This document shows positions 55,126 through 64,000 of a stretch of DNA of 64,000 nucleotides, one piece after another. Position numbers and translations under genes: made by a program. The notes below the pieces were generated by a model, which saw only the letters and a list, made by a program, of their open reading frames with translations, did not search any database and was not told the origin of the DNA. Source of the DNA: the human T2T-CHM13v2.0 reference genome, Homo sapiens; assembly GCF_009914755.1 (NCBI RefSeq), contig NC_060938.1; one strand, given 5' to 3'. Numbering within the stretch: position 1 is the stretch's first letter; each line of letters starts with the position of its first letter.

Positions 55126-56774
55126 TGTCACACCAGAAGAAAGGAGAGAGAACAAGATAGAAATAGAGATTAAAATCATGGTCAAGAGAAGAAGAAGATG
55201 GGAGGGGGAGTTGAAAGACGAAGGGAAGGAAAAGTTCTCACCTATCCTCTGCCCTTCTAGGATGGACCTGTTCACTCCCTTCACCCACTCTTAAACTCAT
55301 ATCCAGGGTTAGAAGCAATCCCCATATCAGCTGTACTCCACTTTTTCCCTAGTACTCCAGTTGGGCTTTTAATGAAGAAGAAAAGGGAATACAGATAATT
55401 TGACTATAGAAATATCTTCAAGTTTTTTCCCAAGGAAACCATTTGCAAAAATTGACACTTTAAATATTATTGGTAACAAATTTCATGCACCTCATTCCAT
55501 AGCTATTTTCATCACACCAGTGTGTTTTCACGGGGTTAACCTATTAACACCTTTCCATTTTTAAAAAGTCTATAGAACAATATACATATGAGGTAGGTGT
55601 TTGCTAATCAGTTAGCGAAATGCCATTAAATTAGCTTAGCTGAAGGTAATTGGTTACTATAAAAAAATACAACTCCTTAGATGCAGGGAAATGCATAGGC
55701 CTACTTTCCACTTAACTAAGGCAGTGATTTTTTACTCTAAGGAGCCTGAAGCAATCTTTGGAGGTATCCCAGGGGATGACGCTGGCCACGGGTTGGATCT
55801 CTTGACCCCCTTTTTAGTCCCTGATAAGCAGAACAACTCTGTCCTTCTGACTTATATACTGGATTTTGAATAAGATTTTGGTGGAACAAAGAGTTCAGTT
55901 TAAAAAATCTTGCAAATCACTGAGGTAAGGGACTTTCTATTTTTCTCAAGCATAATTTTGAACATAAAATCAACTCATAATTGTTACTTAAAGCCATCTT
56001 CAAAATTCGTGTCAAATTATATTCTGATATTATTAATGAAGCCAGGATGACAGTGGAATCTTTCAGTAAAACCATATGATAATATTTGAATAACAAGATT
56101 TTAGTGGTTCAGTCCAGCTCTTTTGCTCAAGTATACTGAGGCAAGGAAAAGTCAGAGCAAACTCACAATGTTTGAAAAGCTTAATGGTGCTTTAACGAAA
56201 GATAAAATAGTCATAAGGGATTTTTTGAATTATAAGATCCTTATAACAAGAAGAAAGTAAAAGGAAGCTGATCTGATTTTTCCTTCATAAAATCATATTA
56301 ATGGCCTGGTACATTTTGTCACTTTCAGTATGTAAATATTGATTGTCTTCTCTTACAATTTATTGTTATCATTCACACTTTCAAGGTGAAACCTTTGCCT
56401 TATTAAAATTTATATTTATTTTCAAACATTTAGAGAGAGATTTTTCCTGTCCATAAAAACTTTGAATATTAACATTTTTAAAAATAATTTCAAAAGCCTG
56501 TTTGAATGTAAAGGATAATATAGTGAAGTTCAGTTGTATGCTCCCTATGCATGAAGACCTATGCCAGACCCTGGCAAAAGTTTAGAAAAACAACAATAAT
56601 AATAAAGAAGAATTTGTCTCCGATCATGAGGAACTTTGAGTTTAGCTATAAAGATTGACATATGAGGAACTTTTATGTCAACATAAATATAAGCACAAGC
56701 AACCAAAAGAAAGGAAAATGAGCTCAAATTGAGTTTCAGATAAATTATTCTAGAGGCTACACTAAGAGTAGGGC

Positions 56775-57880
56775 TTTTATTTTTTTAACGGCTTCACTGC
56801 AATCACTACTGAAATTTCATTCATACCATCCAACCTACCCATTTAGAGTTTTACAATTCAGTGTTTAATATATTCACGTGGTTGCGCAACCATCACCAAA
56901 ATCAGATTTTAGAACATTTTGGTTCCCTCTAAAAGAAACCCTGTAGCCATTAGTTATCACTCATCATCTCTTGCCATTGACTCTTTCCCCAACCCCACCA
57001 GCCCTAAACGACCACTATTTACTTTATGTCTGTATGGATTCACCTATTCTGGACATTCCATATAAACAGAAGTATGCACGATGTTTTTTTTTATGACTAC
57101 TTTCTTTATTAGGATAATGTTTCCAAGGTTCTTCCTTTTTGCGCATGTATTATTAGTTAATTTATTTTTATTGCTGATAACATTTCATTGCATAGATAGG
57201 CCACATTTTATTTATCCATTCATCAACTGACGGATATTTGGGTTGTTTCCACTTTTTGGTACTATGAGCACTGTTGTATGAACATTTATGTGTACAAGTT
57301 TTTGTGCGAAGGTATGTTTTTATTTCTCAAGTGTACGCTAAGGAGTAAAACTGCTGGGTCATATTGTAACTATGTTTAGCTTTTTGAGGAATTCTCAAAT
57401 AGTTCTTCAAGGTGGCTGCATCATTTTTTATTACTACTGGCAATGTATAAGGATACCAATTCCCCAGCACTTGTTATTGACCTTATTTTTGTTCATAGGC
57501 ATTTTAGTGAATATAAAGTGGTGTCTCCTTGTAGGTTTAATTTGCATTTCCCTAATGACTAAAGATGTTGAGCATGTATTTTACGCACTTATTGAACACT
57601 TGCATATCTTCTTTGGGGAAATCTCTATTCAGATCCTTTGCCCATTTTAAAATTGCATTATTTTTCTACTATTGAGTTGTAAGAGTTCTTTATAAACTCT
57701 CTATACAAGTTCCTGATCAGATATATGATTTACAAATACCTTCTCCCATTCTGTGAGGTGTTGCTTCACTTTCTTAATGGTCCCATTTGCAGCACAAGCG
57801 TTTCTAATTTTGATTTAGTACAATTTATCTACTTTTGTTGTGATTATTGCTTGTGCTTTTGGTGCCATATTAAGAAATCA
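56775..57880 (-). mobile_element. L1MB-type 3' end with ORF2 tail
   Basis: caaccatcacc..ttttagaacattt..ctattctggacatt..tttaatttgcatttccctaatgactaa. Confidence 0.85.
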
Positions 57881-59679
57881 CCTCAGCTTAGGTTTGAATG
57901 ATGAGTAAGAAGGAACAAATTAAGAATAGTGGAACCTTATTCCAGACAGACGTTAGCGAACAAGCAATGTCATGTAAACATGATATACTGTGAATTCCTC
58001 TTTTGTTAGCTTAGAACAGGGTAGAGTCCCACAGAGCCATACCTAACAACTTTGGCATACCATTATATAGATTTTCTAATGTACGATGTGGTTCCCAGAT
58101 GGATATTATTCACACTATGCTATTGCTAGTTACAGGTTAAGCTCAGTTGAAAGAGTATATGTGCTGAAAGAAGGCCAATGTAATATAAACATTTAAAAAA
58201 TATTTATATTTCTTTAAATAATTAAAATAACAATTACACAATTAAAATATTTATGCCTCTCATGTGGAGGCCCTAAGGCAAAGTCCAGTTTAAATATTTT
58301 AGTTACTATCCTAGATTTAAACTAAATCTAGATAACTGTCAAATATACCTAAAAAGCTTTATGTAATACTATAATTCCATGAAAAAAGGGGGAAACATTT
58401 AATAATATTGCTAACTATAGCACTCATGTTAATATTTTTTGCTTTAGACAAATATTTCCAGTTTCATTTTTAAACATGAAGTGTTTTGCTTAGTTTTTTT
58501 AGAGTTTAGTACATTGAACTGAAGCAGAGAAGCGCCCGATCATCTTATCTTACAGGAGAGAAATACTTCACTTCTGCATGAGAGCAGCCTGCGTAATGTA
58601 ATGAGCCAAGGTCTAAGAGTTGACACACAGTTCCTGTTCTTCCCTGCATTAACTTTGTGTCCTCTGAAACATCACTTGCCATCTCTACATTCCCATTGTC
58701 TCAAGCGAAAAATTCAAGGGTTTGACTAGACAGTCTTTTCAACTGTGACTTTCCTGGATGAAGTGGCCAAGCAGAAACTACTGGTGAAGCCAGTGATAAA
58801 CACCTCTGTCAAGGCAGTGTAGACATGCAGTGGTAGTAGTTTGTCACCTATATGATTTTATTTGAGAGTGCCAGTTCAGTCTGTCAGAAGTATCTTCCAG
58901 CTATTCATCTCTTAATTAAACATAATCAGGCATTGGTTTAAAAATGCATAACACTACCAGAGTCCAAATTATAAGTTCTAATCCAGTCTATGAGGTGAAA
59001 GGGAACCTCCTTAGATGAATGAGGAAACTAAGTCTTGGAAATGATAAATTGATTAAAAAACATGCTACTATTTAGCCGTAATCCCTGGTATCTCTCCAGA
59101 TTACTTATCAGAAAGGAAATAAATACTTGTGCAAATACCTTATTCTTAAATCTAAAATCCAGAAAAATGTGTATCAGGCAATAATAGATTAATATATTAA
59201 GGTGGTCAGATAAACCACCAAATGTTGATGGAGGTGTTTTGTTTAATTGAGTAAACCACCTTTATAAAAATGGGTCATTTTTATTTATTCTAAGTAAAAA
59301 GAGATAATGGGTCATACTATAATTCCATTTTGTCTCCAATGGAAGTTATCTCTGATAAAAAAAATTCCAATTAAAAAAGACACTAGCAAAGAAACAAATT
59401 GTAATTCTGTAATTGCCAATGTCTCTGCCAATTAATACGTGATGACTATTCTGTGCCCCAGAAATGTGTTATTTGGAGTGGTCAATGAGTTTGGTCAACT
59501 TGGTCTGAAGTACACATCTTTTGTTCTTCCTCTGAATTACAACAGCAATTTATTTTTTCAGCTTTCATCACGCTCCTCAATATCTTCTTCTGACTAGAGT
59601 CTAAGCTCCTTGATATTCCCTACTAGTTTATTTTCCATTCATTTCTCTTACAAATATATATTTAGCAGTCCTAGGTTAC

Positions 59680-60026
59680 TGTGTGGAGTACAAAGTCAGA
59701 AATCCAAGACTAAAATACCATACCACACCACTACCAGCCTGGGAATTCTCTTTTCTAGGAACAGGGCCTGACCACGGCGGACAGGGCAGTGGACTCAAAT
59801 CTACAAGGGACAGGGAAGCTCTGAGCCATAAAGCTCTTATGAAGGATCAGGCTGAAGCCATTCTCTCAGTGCCTTTGCCTGAGCTCACACCCTTGTTTTG
59901 CTTCCTTCCCTGCTCCATCCTGCTTTCTTCAGACCCTGCCAATCTCCTGTGAGCACTTCCCTTAACAAATCTCTTTCATGTTAATCCTCATCTCAGAAAC
60001 TGTTTCCAGGAAACCTGACCTAAGAC
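59680..60026 (+). mobile_element. LTR16-like ERVL LTR
   Basis: Ends gagcacttcccttaacaaatc..aatcctcatctcag..ggaaacctgacctaagac; similar to 9840-10284. Confidence 0.7.
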
Positions 60027-61021
60027 TTGCTTATAGAAGATAAACAATTAAAAACATATATGCAATGTGGATAAACAGTGAACAAGACATCCTTCTATTT
60101 TTCAAGGGAGGCAGGCTTAAATAATTAATTGCACATTTAGACCATTTTTATCACCTTGATTTAACTAGCAATGCTCTAGCAGATATTCCCTAAATATGTG
60201 TTGAGTGAACAATTATAAATATTAAATTAAGCAACAAATATAAAATACATATATTCATTGTCTAATTCTTATGCATTTGATTGGACAATATTGACCAGAG
60301 AAGGACTTCAGAGAAGAAATTTATTTAATTGAAGATGGAAAGTAAAACAGGGTTAATATTAACTATGAGAAATTGAAAGCATCAGTTGGGGAAAAGCATA
60401 TAGGTCACTTGGACCTAATCTACCAAAACTATGAAATGTTTCTCCAACCAAAATGATAGGGCTAAGAAATACAGTGGGAGTTGGACTGAGATGAATTAAA
60501 ATCTCAGGAAGGCTAAATTGTTCATGCATTTCTCTTGAATGTCTTGGTAACAGGACTGAAACTTGAGAGTACTTACTGACAATTGCCCAACCCCGCCAGT
60601 TTCCTGGAAATGCTGATGGCTAGGAACCTCACCCTAAGTAAGAATTTCTTTACCATCATTCTGCTCTATGACAAAGTGAGCCCAGAGATGAAGAGGAAGC
60701 AAAAAACAGGCAAGGGATTCCAGGCATCAGCCAGCAGAGGGGAAAAAGAGTTAGGGAGGGAAAGCCCAAGTAGCTATAGAGGGGAGTAAAGGATGGAAAA
60801 GAGAAAGAAAAACCTCTGAGGTTTAAAATTTCCATGGCTGCAAGAATGGATACACAATTCAAGTTGAATGATGAAGAGTCAAGATAAATAAATAAATTAA
60901 TTAAATAAAAATAAACGAATGAACACACAAAAAAATCAGAAAAGTTACTGCAATAACAGGGATCAAATTCAATACATAAAGTAAGAGTAGTAAAAAGGTT
61001 ACTCTTGGAGAATATTTTAAA

Positions 61022-61126
61022 TTTTTTTCAATTTTATTTTTAAATTGACAAATAATAATTTTACATAGTCATGGGGTCCACAACGAGATTCTGATACATA
61101 CAATGTATAGTGATCAGATCAGGGTC
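61022..61126 (-). mobile_element. L1MA 3' terminal fragment
   Basis: ttttaaattgacaaataataatt..atgtatagtgatcagatcagggt. Confidence 0.7.
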
Positions 61127-61172
61127 ATGAAGCCAGAACTCAGACTGTGAAGCTGGCTACAGCTCTGGGAAA

Positions 61173-61191
61173 CACTGCCCCCTAGAGGTCC
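61173..61191 (-). promoter_or_regulatory. Candidate CTCF binding motif
   Basis: Minus strand GGACCTCTAGGGGGCAGTG closely matches the CTCF core CC(A/T)CYAGGGGGCRS. Confidence 0.55.
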
Positions 61192-61424
61192 TCTGTGTTT
61201 TCAGCGAGACCAGCTTTCACCATAAACTGTCAGGAGCCAAGCCACAGACTCAGGCACCCGGGATCCCCAGGCAGAGACCTCAAACCGGGTCCAAAATTAT
61301 GGTCCAGTCATCTAAAGACCTGTGTTAAGTATCAGGGCTTAGTGAAGGATGTCAGATTAGAATGAGATTATTTTTCTTTTTCTAGTCCTCACCAACCTCT
61401 CAGTACTTAAAAACTGAGTACTAT

Positions 61425-62465
61425 TCAATTTTTAAATTTAAGGTATGGAATAGATAATATACGCATATGACACACAATTCAAAAGAAACAAGAAATGTAT
61501 ATAATAAAAAGTAAGTATCTTTCCTCCTCATCCCCTGTCCCCTACATTATTATTAGCTTTTTGTATGTTCTTTCAGGATTATTCCATGAATTTTTCATAC
61601 ACATGCCAGCACTGTGTTTCCACTTGCCTTGTCATTTTCCCTTCTAATTTAATAATATATCTTGGGGAAAGTTTGACATCAGAATATATAGGAAGGCTTT
61701 ATTATTTTTAAAAACTGCATAGTATTCTGCTTTTTGATTGATTTATGTATCTAATTCCCTAAAGTTTGACAATTAGGTTGCTAGTATATAATGTTGCAAT
61801 GAAAACCCTTGTTATACATGTACATAGTATAAATGACAGTATACACATATATACATATGCAAGTATGAATACACTGAAATGAAATTGTGGTCAAAATCTA
61901 GGTGCATTAGTCTTAATCGATATTTCCAAATTGATTAAAAATGTGTGCTTCCATCAGCAAATTTTGAGGGTATGCATACTGATAGAGTATATTATCAATT
62001 ACTTTTTTCTCTACAATGTAACATTTTTAAGTCTCTATTTTCCATTTTTATCAGGCTTATTAATAAGTGTTAGATTAAGCTAGTTTTGGTCTAAGAGACA
62101 CTTGAGTGTGTGTATTTCTGCCTATTCACATTCTTAGACCATGTTTCTCTTGCACTGTACTTTTTCTTATAATATGCTGTGCTTTTCTTTTGTTGAAAAC
62201 ATTATCTCTTTTTCTTGGATATAAGCTGTAAATATTTTATATATTCTTTTCCAGTTTGACATTTGCCTTTAATGTAATTCAGGATTTTCCCTAGACATAT
62301 TTTGCATTATTATTACTACTTAATGTATTCAAACATACTAGTTATTTATGGCTTCAGAGTTTCCCGTCATCCTTAAAAAGGCTTCCCTATCCTGTGATTT
62401 TTTTTAAAAAAAAATCATGTTTTCCTCTAGTATTTTCATTCCTTTTTTATGTTTAACTCTAGATC
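61425..62465 (-). mobile_element. Old L1ME-like 3' region
   Basis: T-rich with aactgcatagtattc, ttaggttg and tttcctctagtatttt motifs. Confidence 0.5.
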
Positions 62466-62627
62466 TCTTCCAAACAGACAAACACACCCACACACCTACC
62501 CATTCCCCTACACACACACTTTTTCTTTTTTAAAAAATTCAAATGATATGTTGCCCCCGCCATCCCCTAAATATGGCTTTATTAGACAACTGGTCCTGGT
62601 ATTTAACTGCTCACAATTAAAAGGACT

Positions 62628-62742
62628 AGAGATGGGATCTCACTTTATTTTCCAGGCTCCAGTCTGGAGTGCAGTGGCACAATCATAGCTCTCTATCACC
62701 TCGAATTCCTGGACTCAGGAGATCCTGCCTCAGCCTCCTAGT
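62628..62742 (-). mobile_element. AluJ/FLAM fragment
   Basis: ctggagtgcagtggcacaatcatagctc..ctgcctcagcctcc. Confidence 0.75.
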
Positions 62743-62774
62743 TTTTGATTTTTTTTTTTTAATAGATATTGTCA

Positions 62775-63100
<326 letters not shown>

Positions 63101-63677
63101 TCAGACATCGATCTATCTCATTACTCAAACAAAAAAGCAAGTTAATTCTTGTGTACAATTCATTAAATATTGTATAACCCACGTTATAGTGGCTGTAGCA
63201 GGAAGTTACTACATTCAAGGTTAAACTTTTTATAGGTGTTTTACTATGATTAAAAATATGATTTTCTAGATATTTAGCTTGCAATGTTTTAAAATGTTTT
63301 CCAGACTAAATCTCCAACTGTGGAGATTTGTGGAGAGCTCTATGGGACAGGATTCTGGATGCTCTATCACCTGTTCATCTGCATGCTACAGCCAATCCAA
63401 TGCTACTTTTTCATGTTCATCATATTATACTAAAAAATTGTAAACCGACTCAAAAGTAAAAAAATGGTTTAGTAAGGCCATATATACTTATCACACAGCT
63501 TCAACAAATGATAATTTGCCATTTATAGTTCCCCTATCCTCCCTCTCACCTTTAAATAATTTATTTTTATTTTATTGGTCTTAAATTCAAGACATATCAT
63601 ATTCTCTGTAAATACTTCAGTATGAATCTCTAACAAACACATTTTTTAAAACCACCATAATCCATTTTTAAACCTTG

Positions 63678-63900
63678 TAATATAAACAAAATAATATAAT
63701 ATATAAGGTATATATGATATAATAAAATATATAATTAATATATTATATATGGTATATAATATATAATAAAATATATAATTAATATAATATAAAATTAACA
63801 AGCTGTGTTCAATTAATATAATATAAAATAAAATATAATTAAATATGCTATGAAATAATAATTTAATGTAATATGAAATAACCAATATAGTTTAATATAA
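63678..63900. repeat. AT-rich (TA/TAA) low-complexity tract
   Basis: About 220 bp of nearly pure A/T. Confidence 0.85.
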
Positions 63901-64000
63901 CCAAGTTGTGTTCCTCTATTGTCTCAAAATATCTTTTTAAGTATTTTTTTTTCAATTAGAATCTGGACAAGGTCTATCCATTGCATAAGGATGACATGAC

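Noticed and set aside
58311-58331. 9-bp inverted repeat CTAGATTTA-aac-TAAATCTAG (similar hairpin at 63308-63329)
   Set aside because: Short AT-rich hairpins of this size are expected by chance in 64 kb; no RNA-gene context.

Overview
AT-rich primate (almost certainly human) genomic DNA, with no prokaryotic features. The only convincing host coding sequence is one 175-bp internal exon on the minus strand (758-932). It encodes the second half of an Ig domain that I recognise as MDGA2, a neuronal GPI-anchored Ig/MAM adhesion protein. Everything from 933 to 64000 appears to be part of the very long intron upstream of that exon. The intron is dense with mobile elements: Alu J/S/Y, L1PA and older L1M, L2, MIR, THE1/MST/MLT MaLR LTRs including a two-LTR THE1 provirus, a complete ERV9-type LTR12C, MER21/LTR16-type LTRs, and Tigger/MER47/MER63 DNA transposons, many with readable target-site duplications (TSDs). 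Other ORFs in the track are repeat-derived or chance. I found no evidence for a new multi-gene system. The best leads are regulatory: an intact antisense LTR12C promoter, sense-oriented MaLR poly(A) signals, two candidate cryptic/recursive-type exons, a strong CTCF motif and tandem E-boxes. Repeat subfamilies were called by eye from remembered consensus sequences, and boundaries of old elements are approximate.
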